Made by a program: the position numbers and the translations under genes. From Candidatus Levybacteria bacterium RIFCSPLOWO2_02_FULL_37_18 (lineage in GTDB: Bacteria; Patescibacteriota; Microgenomatia; Levybacterales; UBA12049), in assembly GCA_001784115.1 (NCBI GenBank), contig MFPD01000019.1:30244-94243 (forward strand): a stretch of 64,000 bases of DNA, in the 5' to 3' direction. A model generated the notes under the pieces. The model worked only from the letters and a program-made list of their open reading frames with translations. It was not told the DNA's origin and searched no databases. Numbering within the stretch: position 1 is the stretch's first letter; the number at the start of each line of letters is the position of its first letter. Shown here one piece after another: positions 19,708 to 29,313 of the stretch.

Positions 19708-19708
19708 A

Positions 19709-21385
19709 CTATTCCGTTGGAGAAATTCCGTAATACAATAGTATATTTTTGGCAATATCAAAAAATATCGGCGCTGCTGTTTCTGCTCCATAAATTGAAG
19801 TAGTCGGTTGGTTAATCACTACAAGCATGGAAAATTTTGGATTATCAGCCGGAGCAAATCCTATAAACGAAGCGATTGTTTTATGCGGGTCATACTTTCC
19901 AGCGATGGGAATTTGGGCTGTTCCTGTTTTACCCGCAATTCGATATCCCTTAGGTTTAAAATATTTCGCTTCTCCATTACTTACCGCGTTTACTAAAATT
20001 TCTGTCATGATTTTTGCTGTTTCAGGCGTTATTGGCGAATTTACTTTTTTTGGATAAATAGGAATTTCTTCGCCTTCCGAGGTAACGATTTTAGAAACAA
20101 CATGCGGCTCCATTCGTACTCCCTTATTTGCGATTGCAGAAAATGCTGTGAGTAATTGAATACCTGTTATAGAAATTCCCTGGCCAAAACTTGCGGTTGC
20201 CAAGTCTATGGGAGTCCACTCGTCATCCGGCCGAATGAGAGCCGGAACTTCTCCTTCTAAGTCAATACCGGTTAGACTACCTACGCCAAAATTTCTTAGA
20301 TAAGAAAGCATTTTTTCTATTCCTAATTTCTGGGAAACATATACCATGCCGGTATTATCCGAGTGCTGAATTACTTCTATCATGGTAGTATCTTTGTAAT
20401 ATTTGTTATTCCATGTACGTATTTCGTAATCCGCAATCGGGACGGGTCCAAAACAAATTGGACATTTGGTATCCGGTCTTACTACTTTGCTGTCAATTCC
20501 AGCAGGCATAACTAAGGATTTAAGCGTCGAACCAGGCTCGTAAGTATTTGAAATAAATGGATTTTTATATAAATAGTTTTCGTATGTACTAAAGTTTCTG
20601 TTGTCAAAACTTGGAAGGGAAGACAAAGCTAAAATATTTCCCGTTTTCGGATCCATGACTCCAATCATGCCTCCGGCAGCTTGATATTTTTCTACTCCTT
20701 CTTTTAATTTTTGCTCGATTAAAAACTGAATGACTCTGTCGATATTTAAAATCAACGTCCGGCCTTTGCTTTCGATTTTCCTCTCATCTGCTTTTGCTAA
20801 AATTGGCCTGCCAAATGCGTCACGAATTTGGATTGCCTGTCTTTCTTTTCCTCTAAGTTGTCTGTCGTAATATCCTTCCAAACCAAAATATCCTTTATCA
20901 TCTCCGCTGTCGTTTTCTCCTACAAACCCGACCAAATGTGCAGCAAGGGACGCTTCCGGATAAAAACGGGTAAATTGTTTTTCAAATCCAACACCGGGAA
21001 TCTTTAGTTTTTGCACTTCTTCTTTTTTTTCTAATGTTATTCCATTTGTTATGGGAACCCAAAACCTGTTAAGCGATAAGCTCGCAGAAACAGATGCTTT
21101 ATCTATTTCCAGTGTTTGAGAAAGTAAGTCAATAGTTTTATTTTTGTCAGATATTTCTTTCGGATTGGCAAAAACCAAAAATGAAGGTCTATTAGTGACA
21201 ATAGGATATCCATCCGATGTTTTAATCTCTCCCCGTTCCGACAATAATTTTACCACTCGTCCGTACTGTGATTGTCCAAGAAGCAACAACTCCTCAGCTC
21301 TAACAACTTGCCAATAAAAAAGCCTTACACCAACTAAAAAAAATGCCAAAACTAAAGAAAGCAATGTGAAGTAGTAGCGCCACAT
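19709..21385 (-). CDS. ftsI: Penicillin-binding protein (FtsI/PBP2-type transpeptidase)
   Basis: 558 aa with an N-terminal TM segment, a dimerisation domain and a transpeptidase domain containing STLK, SDN and KTGT motifs. Confidence 0.9.
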   Translation of the reverse strand: MWRYYFTLLSLVLAFFLVGVRLFYWQVVRAEELLLLGQSQYGRVVKLLSERGEIKTSDGYPIVTNRPSFLVFANPKEISDKNKTIDLLSQTLEIDKASVSASLSLNRFWVPITNGITLEKKEEVQKLKIPGVGFEKQFTRFYPEASLAAHLVGFVGENDSGDDKGYFGLEGYYDRQLRGKERQAIQIRDAFGRPILAKADERKIESKGRTLILNIDRVIQFLIEQKLKEGVEKYQAAGGMIGVMDPKTGNILALSSLPSFDNRNFSTYENYLYKNPFISNTYEPGSTLKSLVMPAGIDSKVVRPDTKCPICFGPVPIADYEIRTWNNKYYKDTTMIEVIQHSDNTGMVYVSQKLGIEKMLSYLRNFGVGSLTGIDLEGEVPALIRPDDEWTPIDLATASFGQGISITGIQLLTAFSAIANKGVRMEPHVVSKIVTSEGEEIPIYPKKVNSPITPETAKIMTEILVNAVSNGEAKYFKPKGYRIAGKTGTAQIPIAGKYDPHKTIASFIGFAPADNPKFSMLVVINQPTTSIYGAETAAPIFFDIAKNILLYYGISPTE

Positions 21386-21397
21386 TTACTTAGTATA

Positions 21398-21673
21398 TCA
21401 CCTGTTAAGAGCCAAAGGCACGGAGCCCGTGAGATAGATTTGAGATTTTCTCTCTATGTATCCCAAACTCGAAGCCCTTGAGGCAATGGACGTCAATGAA
21501 GATGAAAGCAGCACATCTTCCCTTAAGGTAAAATTTTTATCCTTGAGAGTTTTTACTTGGTCTTCTAATTTTCCCAATATAATCCCAGTGGTAGAAAGTT
21601 GATTTGATACAACAATTTGAACCAAGGAAAGAATAATAATCACCAGTATTGATAACTTTACAAATATATTCAT
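21398..21673 (-). CDS. Small bitopic membrane protein, FtsL-like
   Basis: 91 aa with one TM segment. It lies between rsmH and ftsI, as ftsL does in dcw clusters. Confidence 0.5.
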   Translation of the reverse strand: MNIFVKLSILVIIILSLVQIVVSNQLSTTGIILGKLEDQVKTLKDKNFTLREDVLLSSSLTSIASRASSLGYIERKSQIYLTGSVPLALNR

Positions 21674-21675
21674 AA

Positions 21676-22581
21676 TTACATGAGCTTTTCAAACGCTCTT
21701 AACTTTGCGCTCCTACTTCTGATGTTGCTTCGAACTTCTTCCGGTGTTGGCTCAACAGGCTTTTTTATAATTATTGTCCCTGATCCTTTTTCTTCAAATT
21801 CCTTAAAATTTTGTTTTACGATTCCGTCTTCTAAAGAGTGAAATGTAATTACAACCAATCTTCCCTTATTGCCTAATAATCCTATCGAACTTGAAAGTGC
21901 TTCTCTTAGATTATTCAACTCGTCGTTAACTGCAATTCTTAGTGCCTGAAAAACTCGTGTTGCCGGATGTGTCTTTGTTATTCCCTTCAAACTTCGCTTA
22001 ACAATCTCTGCCAACTGACCCGTTGTTTCTATTTTTTCTAGTCTACGGGCGCTAATAATACTCTCAGAAATGACCCGAGCACGATACTCTTGACCCAATT
22101 TAGAAAATAATTCATAGAGCTCTCCTTTCCTTAACGCGTTAACAAGGTCTTTTGCTGTAACGCTTAGATTTTTATCCATCCGCATATCAAGCGGACCATT
22201 TTTACCAAAACTAAACCCCCGTCGGGGAGTATCCAGCTGGTGACTGGATACTCCCAAGTCAAATAAAATCCCATCAACATTTTCAAATCCGTTTTCTTTT
22301 GCGATCGCTTTTACATCTTTAAAATTCCCCTTTACAACTCTTAATTGTCCTTCTGTTTTGAGATTTGAACTTTGAGTTTTGAGTTTTTCCCGAACAAAAT
22401 CTAAAGCTTCTTCATCTACATCAATTCCCAGTATACTTCCCCCTCTTCTCAAAATCTCAAAACTATGTCCTCCTCCACCAAGTGTTGCGTCAATGTACTT
22501 TTTATTATCTTGAACGTTCAAAAATCTAATTACTTCCTCAACCAAAACCGGTGTATGAAAATTCTTATTCACCGCTTTCAT
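21676..22581 (-). CDS. rsmH: 16S rRNA (cytosine1402-N4)-methyltransferase RsmH (MraW)
   Basis: 301 aa with a GGGGHS SAM-binding motif. It contains an in-frame heptamer-repeat insertion encoding LKTQSSNLKT. Confidence 0.9.
   Translation of the reverse strand: MKAVNKNFHTPVLVEEVIRFLNVQDNKKYIDATLGGGGHSFEILRRGGSILGIDVDEEALDFVREKLKTQSSNLKTEGQLRVVKGNFKDVKAIAKENGFENVDGILFDLGVSSHQLDTPRRGFSFGKNGPLDMRMDKNLSVTAKDLVNALRKGELYELFSKLGQEYRARVISESIISARRLEKIETTGQLAEIVKRSLKGITKTHPATRVFQALRIAVNDELNNLREALSSSIGLLGNKGRLVVITFHSLEDGIVKQNFKEFEEKGSGTIIIKKPVEPTPEEVRSNIRSRSAKLRAFEKLM
22357..22388. repeat. Tandem heptamer repeat (TTTTGAG/ATTTGAA/CTTTGAG)x4 in frame inside rsmH
   Basis: ttttgagatttgaactttgagttttgagttttt, encoding LKTQSSNLKT. 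Confidence 0.8.
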
Positions 22582-23005
22582 CTCCCGTTACTAATTTCGC
22601 CGAAATTTCGCTTATATTCTTTTCAACACTACTTCTATATTCTTCCCAAATACCTTTATCCCACATTTCAACGTAACGATACAAACCTATGAATATAATT
22701 TCATTTTTAATCTTTGCAAAGTCTCGTAAATAAGTAGGCAATACAAACCTTCCCTTGCTATCGAGCCTAATAAAACTTGCTCCTCCGAGTAAGAGTCTTT
22801 GAACGTGTCTGGTTTCTTGCTGAACAAATGGTTTTCCTTCTGTTCCTTCAAGAAGTGACCGCCAGTTTTTTTCCGATACAACGATAAGCGAGTTTTCGTA
22901 GCCATAAGTGATTATTAAATTGTCTCCCAATTCTTCTCGAAATTTTTTGGGAAACGCGATTCTATTTTTTTCTCCCACTTTTCCTTCATATTGTCCTATT
23001 AACAT
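22565..23005 (-). CDS. mraZ: Transcriptional regulator MraZ
   Basis: 146 aa with a duplicated MraZ fold. It is the first gene of the dcw cluster. Confidence 0.85.
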   Translation of the reverse strand: MLIGQYEGKVGEKNRIAFPKKFREELGDNLIITYGYENSLIVVSEKNWRSLLEGTEGKPFVQQETRHVQRLLLGGASFIRLDSKGRFVLPTYLRDFAKIKNEIIFIGLYRYVEMWDKGIWEEYRSSVEKNISEISAKLVTGDESGE

Positions 23006-23032
23006 ATCCTGCCTTTCCTAAAGTGATTAGGG

Positions 23033-23095
23033 TTCCACTCCGTCCCACTTTTTCCCACGTTATTCCATTCTGAGTCACTTTCTAGCAGCTGTCAA
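23033..23095 (-). promoter_or_regulatory. Putative mraZ promoter (TTGACA-N17-CAGAAT) followed by three 10-bp-spaced GTGG(G) direct repeats (MraZ operator-like)
   Basis: Minus strand reads TTGACAgctgctagaaagtgactCAGAATggaataacGTGGGaaaaaGTGGGacggaGTGGaa, 30 bp upstream of the mraZ ATG. Confidence 0.45.
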
Positions 23096-23171
23096 GGGGG
23101 CAAATGACCATTTTAGTGTATGTTAACGGCGAGAAACGCTAAGCGTAGATAATTGGTGTAGAATGAAAAAA

Positions 23172-23636
23172 TTAATCCGAGGTGAGGTCAAGGGTTTTTT
23201 CTACGGAATAAATGCTATTGTCTTTTTTTGTAACCTTAAGAAGTAATTTCACCGAAACTACTCCTTCGTCGTATTTACACTTGCCGGACGAACATGTACC
23301 TAAGTCAATATAATTAGTTTCTATTTTTGTATCTCCGGCTTCTGGGTCCGCATGTCCAATCGCTCCCCTAGGAATATCTCCTTTTGCCAAATAACTAATT
23401 TCATAATCAACATTTGAAATATCATCGATTTTTTCAATCATAAATTTTACTGCTTTTTTATCATTTCGAGCAGTAAAGGCAAGACCAATATCTTCGGGAT
23501 TTAGCTTTTTTACTGTCTCTTCTTGGGAAAGAGCTGGAGCTGTAACCGGTTTATTTTTGTTTGAGTTAAACACAAACACGCCACCGCCAAGGACTAACAG
23601 AAGTATCCCTGCTAAGAGTAAATATTTTGCATTCAT
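23172..23636 (-). CDS. Hypothetical secreted or membrane-anchored protein
   Basis: 154-aa ORF with an N-terminal signal/anchor. Confidence 0.4.
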   Translation of the reverse strand: MNAKYLLLAGILLLVLGGGVFVFNSNKNKPVTAPALSQEETVKKLNPEDIGLAFTARNDKKAVKFMIEKIDDISNVDYEISYLAKGDIPRGAIGHADPEAGDTKIETNYIDLGTCSSGKCKYDEGVVSVKLLLKVTKKDNSIYSVEKTLDLTSD

Positions 23637-23637
23637 A

Positions 23638-25065
23638 CTAGTCGTCTTCTTTACTAATTGCGCCTTTTATTGAAATCGGATACTTACCGGTAAAGCACGC
23701 TCCGCAAAAATTATTTTCTGAGAAAACTTCGGGACTGTCGATTTTTATTTTATTTCCCAAAACAACCTCAATTAATTCAGAATATCGTAAATGATATAAG
23801 CTGTCAAGACCAAGATATTTTTTTCTTTCTTCTAGATCTGGCATTTTATGAGCCAGCAATTCCGCATCTCCAAAATCAACACCCATATAACACGCGTGCG
23901 TCAAAGACGGTGAAGCAATTAATGCGTGAACCTCTGTTGCTCCTGCTTTTCTCACTTTCTCAACGACTAATCGTAATGAACCACGCACTATAGAATCATC
24001 AATAAGACATATTTTTTTACCTTTTAATATTTGCTCATTCGCGCTATATTTTTCTGTTGCTGCTTTATCCCTTCCCGAAGGCCTGATAAAGGTTCTTGCT
24101 CCATCAACAGAAGCTCTGTAAGGATTGGTATACAGTCCGTCCATATAGACTATTCCCTTCTTTTTTGCTAACTCCGAACCCGCAATTCCAATGGCTGCGG
24201 AAATTCCAGAACGAGGCACAGGAACAATAAAATCTACATCCGGAATATGCCGAGCAAGAATTTCGCCTTGCTTAAGTCTGAATTGCATCACCGGAATACC
24301 AAATACGGTACTGTCGGGTCTGGCAATATATATAAGCTCAAAAATACACTGCGCTAATTTTTTAAAACTCATCATTGTTAACGTATTAACTCCATTTTCA
24401 TCTATCTTTATGACTTCTCCAGGCAAAACATCTCTTAAAAATTCTGCTCCCATTGACTTAAACGCAGAATTTTCCGATGCGACCACATATCCATGCCTTT
24501 GTAGTTTTCCAATCGACATTGGCCGAAATCCCAATGAATCCCGAACCACAATTAAAGAGTTTTTTAAAATAAATATGAAACTAAACGCTCCTTCCAATTC
24601 TTTCACACCGGCTAAAATTCTTTCCTGTGCATCTCCTTTCATTTTATTTATAATAGCCAAAGCTACCCGTGTGTCACTTTTAGCTGCCTCCATAGAATCG
24701 GCAATGGTGTATTTTTCCTTTAAGAATTTGACGTTGGTTAAATTTCCATTGTGGGCGATTCCAATTCCATTTTCTAAAAACGGCTGCACTTCAGACAAAG
24801 ATCCTGATGTAGAATATCTATTATGCCCAATTCCAACAAATGCATTGTCTAAATCTGGCAAAGAATGTTTGATGGAAAACACAATTCCGGCAAGACCTGA
24901 GTCTTTTAACATTTTAAATTCCTTGCCATTTGCTAAAATCATTCCGCTTCCTTCCTGTCCCCTGTGATTTAGCTCAACAAGCCCGTTTAAAAGTATCTGA
25001 GGAATATCAGCTGTTTTTGAATAAACTCCAGCAATTGCACAATTATCCCGAATATTTTTCATCAA
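23638..25065 (-). CDS. purF: Amidophosphoribosyltransferase PurF-like (class II glutamine amidotransferase + PRTase)
   Basis: 475 aa with a propeptide followed by a Cys nucleophile (DNCAIAGVY). It has a PRPP-binding ICLIDDSIVRGSL motif and C-terminal Cys ligands (FCGACFTG). Confidence 0.75.
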   Translation of the reverse strand: MMKNIRDNCAIAGVYSKTADIPQILLNGLVELNHRGQEGSGMILANGKEFKMLKDSGLAGIVFSIKHSLPDLDNAFVGIGHNRYSTSGSLSEVQPFLENGIGIAHNGNLTNVKFLKEKYTIADSMEAAKSDTRVALAIINKMKGDAQERILAGVKELEGAFSFIFILKNSLIVVRDSLGFRPMSIGKLQRHGYVVASENSAFKSMGAEFLRDVLPGEVIKIDENGVNTLTMMSFKKLAQCIFELIYIARPDSTVFGIPVMQFRLKQGEILARHIPDVDFIVPVPRSGISAAIGIAGSELAKKKGIVYMDGLYTNPYRASVDGARTFIRPSGRDKAATEKYSANEQILKGKKICLIDDSIVRGSLRLVVEKVRKAGATEVHALIASPSLTHACYMGVDFGDAELLAHKMPDLEERKKYLGLDSLYHLRYSELIEVVLGNKIKIDSPEVFSENNFCGACFTGKYPISIKGAISKEDD

Positions 25066-26432
25066 ACTAAGGCTTTATGCAAATAATCTTTTATTTCGCT
25101 TATATTAATTCTTTTTTGCTCTCCCGTATCTCGAAAACGAACAGTTACTGAATTATTTTCAAGCGTCTGGTAGTCTATGGTAATACAAAATGGTGTTCCG
25201 ATTTCGTCTTGGGAGGCATATCTTTTTCCAATATTTCCTCTATCATCCCAGGCAATCATAAAATGAACTTTTAACTCGTCATATACTGATTTTGCTTTAT
25301 CAACCAAATCTTCTTTATTTGCAACCAATGGAAATACTGCTGCTTTAAAAGGAGCAAGCTTTGGAGTAATACGAAGATATATCCTATTATTTTCCTCCGT
25401 ATACCCATCACATAAAATCATTAAAAGTATTCTATTTATTCCAACCGCAGGCTCTATAACATGAGGAATTATTTTTTCATTTGTAATAGGATCTGTAATG
25501 TGTAAATCTTTTCCTGAATATTGGATATGCTGTCTTAAATCATAATCAGTCCGGTACGCAAGTCCCCACAATTCTTTAAATCCAAATGGAAAGTTATATT
25601 CTAGGTCTTCAGTTCGTTTACTATAAAAAGACCGCTCCTTGTCACCATGTGTCCGCCACCGTAAGTTCTGTTGGTTAATCTCTAACTTGCCAACAACAAA
25701 TTCCCACATGGCTTTTTTCCATTGCTCAAAAAGCACCTCCCAATTTTGATTTTGAGGATTAAAGAAATATTCTATTTCTCCTTGCTCAAATTCAACAGTT
25801 CGAAAAACGGATTTTCCGGGAGTTATCTCATTTCGAAAACTTTTCCCAAGTTGAGCCATTCCAAAAGGTAATCGAACACGCGTGGAATCAACAACATTTT
25901 TAAAATTAATAAAAATTCCTTGAGCTGTTTCTCCTCGTAAATATCCGTATCCTTGTTCTCCTTCAACAATTCCTAATTGAACAGGAAACAGCAAATTAAA
26001 TTTTCTTACTTTTGTCCACTCATGTTTTTTACAATTAGGACACAACATTTTGTTATCTTGAATTATTTTGTCCAGTTCTTCAACAGTTGTTCCTTCTACA
26101 TTTTTCTCTAAAACATCTTCAATAAGGTGATCTGCTCTAACTCGCAATTTACAATTTTTGCAATCAACCATTGCATCAGCAAAACTAGCAACATGACCGG
26201 ATGCAACCCATATTTTATGATGAGAAATTAAACTTGCGTCAAGTCCAACTATATCTCCCCGTTTTTGGATAAACTCAGTCCACCACAAATCTCTGATGTT
26301 TCGCAAAAGCTCTGCTCCCATTGGTCCATAATCGTATGTATTTGCCAACCCGCCATATAAATCAGACCCCGGGTACATAAACCCTCGTCTTTTAACCAAA
26401 GCGCTAATTTTTTCCATGAGGTCATTATTCAT
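25062..26432 (-). CDS. glyQS: Glycine--tRNA ligase (alpha2 homodimeric GlyQS type)
   Basis: 456 aa beginning MNNDLMEKISALVKRRGFMYPGSDLYGGLANTYDYGP. Confidence 0.9.
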   Translation of the reverse strand: MNNDLMEKISALVKRRGFMYPGSDLYGGLANTYDYGPMGAELLRNIRDLWWTEFIQKRGDIVGLDASLISHHKIWVASGHVASFADAMVDCKNCKLRVRADHLIEDVLEKNVEGTTVEELDKIIQDNKMLCPNCKKHEWTKVRKFNLLFPVQLGIVEGEQGYGYLRGETAQGIFINFKNVVDSTRVRLPFGMAQLGKSFRNEITPGKSVFRTVEFEQGEIEYFFNPQNQNWEVLFEQWKKAMWEFVVGKLEINQQNLRWRTHGDKERSFYSKRTEDLEYNFPFGFKELWGLAYRTDYDLRQHIQYSGKDLHITDPITNEKIIPHVIEPAVGINRILLMILCDGYTEENNRIYLRITPKLAPFKAAVFPLVANKEDLVDKAKSVYDELKVHFMIAWDDRGNIGKRYASQDEIGTPFCITIDYQTLENNSVTVRFRDTGEQKRINISEIKDYLHKALV

Positions 26433-26440
26433 AATTAACC

Positions 26441-26508
26441 GTCATTGCGAGAAACGTAGTAACGAAGCAATCTCTTAATATGAGATTCATTGCTACGCTC
26501 GCAGTGAG
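26441..26508. repeat. Palindromic intergenic element, copy A (GTCATTGCGAG ... GCAATCTC-loop-GAGATTC ... CTCGCAGTGAG)
   Basis: Near-perfect hairpin between the glyQS start and the recO stop. Confidence 0.7.
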
Positions 26509-26561
26509 AAAATGTATATTGTTATAATAACAAAAAAGAAGAGGAGAATAAAGAAGCCATT

Positions 26562-27104
26562 TTACGAAAACTGGGGAATAATTTTTATTGCCTTAAGTCT
26601 CTTTTCTAAGATATCTTCTATAAACAAAGATGAGTCGAAATGTTGAGCAGCAAACTGAGGGGAATAAAACCCCAAAGCAGTCAAAAGTTCTATCTCGAAT
26701 TTCTTAACTAACAAACTAACATATTCTTCCTTTGAAAGCTTATCAAGCATGTCAAGCAACAGTGCATACACGTATTCATTCTCCTGATTTTCCGGACACA
26801 AACTATCTACTAATTCACACAGGTGATATGCATATCCAATACGTGATAACGAACGTTTTATGTCCGAATACGTATTGAGTGATTGAGCCTCTGTTAACAC
26901 CGGCATTCCATTATTTTTATAAACTGTTAAAAGCGTATGATTGAGAAGCTCTATGTGAGCAGATCTTCTACTGGTGATTTTTCGCACCCCCGAAGCTTTA
27001 ATGCTTAGTTTGCCATGTTTTTTGGCAAACACAGTCAAAATCCGATCTGCCTCATTATAATTTTTCCGTTTGATAACAATAGCTTCTGTTGTAAATGTTT
27101 TCAT
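26562..27104 (-). CDS. recO: DNA repair protein RecO (short form)
   Basis: 180 aa with an N-terminal OB-fold block. Confidence 0.65.
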   Translation of the reverse strand: MKTFTTEAIVIKRKNYNEADRILTVFAKKHGKLSIKASGVRKITSRRSAHIELLNHTLLTVYKNNGMPVLTEAQSLNTYSDIKRSLSRIGYAYHLCELVDSLCPENQENEYVYALLLDMLDKLSKEEYVSLLVKKFEIELLTALGFYSPQFAAQHFDSSLFIEDILEKRLKAIKIIPQFS

Positions 27105-27116
27105 TTTATTTTTCCT

Positions 27117-27214
27117 GTCATTGCGAGGAACTTTAGTTCCGAAGCAATCTTTCTATTGTCATGCTGAACTTGATTCAGCATCTCGTGAGATTGCTTCACT
27201 TCGTTCGCAATGAC
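27117..27214. repeat. Palindromic intergenic element, copy B (GTCATTGCGAGG ... TCGCAATGAC with an inner GCTGAActtgatTCAGC hairpin)
   Basis: Terminal inverted repeats and an internal hairpin. Confidence 0.7.
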
Positions 27215-27230
27215 ATTAGTAACATATTTA

Positions 27231-29174
27231 TTATAGGTTTAGTGTAAGAGTTTTGTCGGTTAATAACCCAAATTTTTCTTTTTGCGTTCCGTTGACTTTA
27301 ATTATGTATTCGTTTTTATCTGTACCTGGTTGTTTTTGAATTAACAATGGTAAGATATTGTTTTTAGCTTTAAAGGGAAGCGTATACTTAATGTTATACA
27401 CTGCGGTACCCAAAGGTCTGACTGTTAAAAATCCTTCAAAGACTGTTTTTCCTAAATCTTCGGCAGTTGTTACTTTTACTTCTGATCCTTGACTACTAAC
27501 CAATGTACTTCCTTTTGGTACGTAAATTCGTATCCAATCCCTAAACGTTGCGTTAATGCAAAGTCCTCCTCTTTCTAAATTACAATCAGACGGAGGATGA
27601 GGATTTTTGTAATTAATGGTAATTGTTTTAGTAATTGTCCCGCTATTATCTGTTTCTATATTTTGGGTCACTGCTTCTTGGGTAAAAAGATTTGATTTTG
27701 CTCCTCCCATATTCGCTTCGTTAATATGGAGGTAATCTCCATCAAATGCTTTAATTCTACCGGCGGCATTCAAGGCTTCAATTCCGCTTTGGGCGTCTTT
27801 GTCATAGAGATAAAACAATATATGTTTTTGGCTTACTTCATCAAGCAACTGTTGGAATAAAGGCCCCCAATATAATTTAGGAGAAGACTTAAGCGCTTTT
27901 TCCATAATTGAATAAAGCAATGCTCCCAAGATATCTTTTCTTCCTTCTTTTTCGTATCCAACCGGACGGGTAATATTATCCTCAAGTTCATAAATTACCT
28001 GTGGACAATCACATCTTTTATCTTGTTTTGTCGTAAACGCAATACCGGCTGCATCTACTCTATCGTCTAATTTATTTATAATAGAAACTAATACATGAGT
28101 ATCTAGAGCAATTATTCCATCAACATCTGTTTTTGAGCGTGCGAATTTATATAAAGAATTAAATGTATTCATAGACTCTACAAAATCAGGAGAAAGATTC
28201 GTATCTCTAATATTAAAATTAGGTACATTTGGTAAGTATTTTAAAATAGGATCCGGAGCTGGAAATGTTTTTGTCAGACTGTTGTCTAAATTATAAATAT
28301 CTTCAGACCTGTCTACATGAATTACTCCTTTTTCGATTCGAAATACAGCGTATGCTGTCATAAATCCGCCTGTAGGGCGAAGTTCTTTATCGTTTTGAAA
28401 CAAAATCAAGTATTTTCTGTCTTTTGACTCACCTAAAAGCGAAGGCAATACTTTTACCAACGGTCTTGCCTCGCTTACAAATGTAACTCCTTCATCTGCG
28501 AATGTTCTTACTGTTATCAGTTGTTTTCTGATCTTTTCTCCACCAAAAAACGGCGGGTAATGATTTGGGTTTACTTGGTCAATTTCTTCTTGCGCCGAAA
28601 GGAGCAACGATGATACGTCATCAATGCGAGGAGTGATTTTTGCCATTGTCAAAACCGCAGTTTTAATCCTATCTTCCGCACTTCCCATAACAAAACTTCC
28701 TCCCTGTCCCTTAAGACCTAAAACATCGGCATAGGGCTTTAAAGAATCAACTAAAATAGACGCTGCGTCAAGACCATAACCGCCTGCTTTTACCAAATGG
28801 TCTGCGTCTCCATAATAAAAATTTAAGACCGGAATAAAACGAAGTATGGAAAGCGTTGATAAATCTTGCTGTAATTGTTTTAAATCTTCTTTTGTTTTAA
28901 TTAGTTCTGTTGAGGCAAGCTCGACATTTTGTTTTTTAATCGCTTCCCAGGCTTTTTTTGCTTGCCTCTGAGTCCGCATAGATGCGGAGTATATTTTTCC
29001 AACCGGATATACAAGTAAAAGTCCCAACAAAATAATACCGATTACCATGCAAAACCCAACGCCGAATTTCTTTTGTGGGAGTTTAAATGTTTTCAGAGGA
29101 GATGTGAACACACGCTGGTTATCAGGTTCAGATTCATCTAGCTTACCAAGATCAATCTTCTTAAATTCAGACAT
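27231..29174 (-). CDS. Hypothetical large membrane-anchored protein (N-terminal TM, coiled-coil, extracytoplasmic domain)
   Basis: 647-aa ORF with no recognisable catalytic motif. Confidence 0.4.
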   Translation of the reverse strand: MSEFKKIDLGKLDESEPDNQRVFTSPLKTFKLPQKKFGVGFCMVIGIILLGLLLVYPVGKIYSASMRTQRQAKKAWEAIKKQNVELASTELIKTKEDLKQLQQDLSTLSILRFIPVLNFYYGDADHLVKAGGYGLDAASILVDSLKPYADVLGLKGQGGSFVMGSAEDRIKTAVLTMAKITPRIDDVSSLLLSAQEEIDQVNPNHYPPFFGGEKIRKQLITVRTFADEGVTFVSEARPLVKVLPSLLGESKDRKYLILFQNDKELRPTGGFMTAYAVFRIEKGVIHVDRSEDIYNLDNSLTKTFPAPDPILKYLPNVPNFNIRDTNLSPDFVESMNTFNSLYKFARSKTDVDGIIALDTHVLVSIINKLDDRVDAAGIAFTTKQDKRCDCPQVIYELEDNITRPVGYEKEGRKDILGALLYSIMEKALKSSPKLYWGPLFQQLLDEVSQKHILFYLYDKDAQSGIEALNAAGRIKAFDGDYLHINEANMGGAKSNLFTQEAVTQNIETDNSGTITKTITINYKNPHPPSDCNLERGGLCINATFRDWIRIYVPKGSTLVSSQGSEVKVTTAEDLGKTVFEGFLTVRPLGTAVYNIKYTLPFKAKNNILPLLIQKQPGTDKNEYIIKVNGTQKEKFGLLTDKTLTLNL

Positions 29175-29226
29175 AGTACTAATCTACCCAATACTCTCTT
29201 CCATGTCAAGCTTCCCCTGGCTCTAC

Positions 29227-29305
29227 GTCATTCTGAACTTGTTTCACCGCGTCTGACGCGGGGTTTCAGAATCTAAAAATAGAGATGCTGAACCAAATTC
29301 AGCAT
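29227..29305. repeat. Palindromic intergenic element, copy C (GTCATTCTGAAC ... CGCGTCTGACGCG ... TTCAGAATC, plus GATGCTGAAccaaaTTCAGCAT)
   Basis: Nested hairpins between the 647-aa gene start and the tyrA-pheA stop. Confidence 0.7.
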
Positions 29306-29313
29306 TACAATAA

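Noticed and set aside
24191-24967. 258-aa plus-strand ORF, and many other 60-180-aa plus-strand ORFs (e.g. 1067..1288, 2615..2827, 11101..11580, 33509..34060, 37886..38254)
   Set aside because: All lie antisense inside strongly supported minus-strand genes (purF, ftsW, mraY, the nucleotidyltransferase, aroE/aroA, trpA). Their compositions are low-complexity with no motifs. They are artefacts of the AT-rich opposite strand.
26433-26561. T-box leader upstream of glyQS (common in Gram-positives)
   Set aside because: The 129-nt spacer is occupied by palindromic element copy A. It has no GGUGGNACC core and no terminator with a U-tract.
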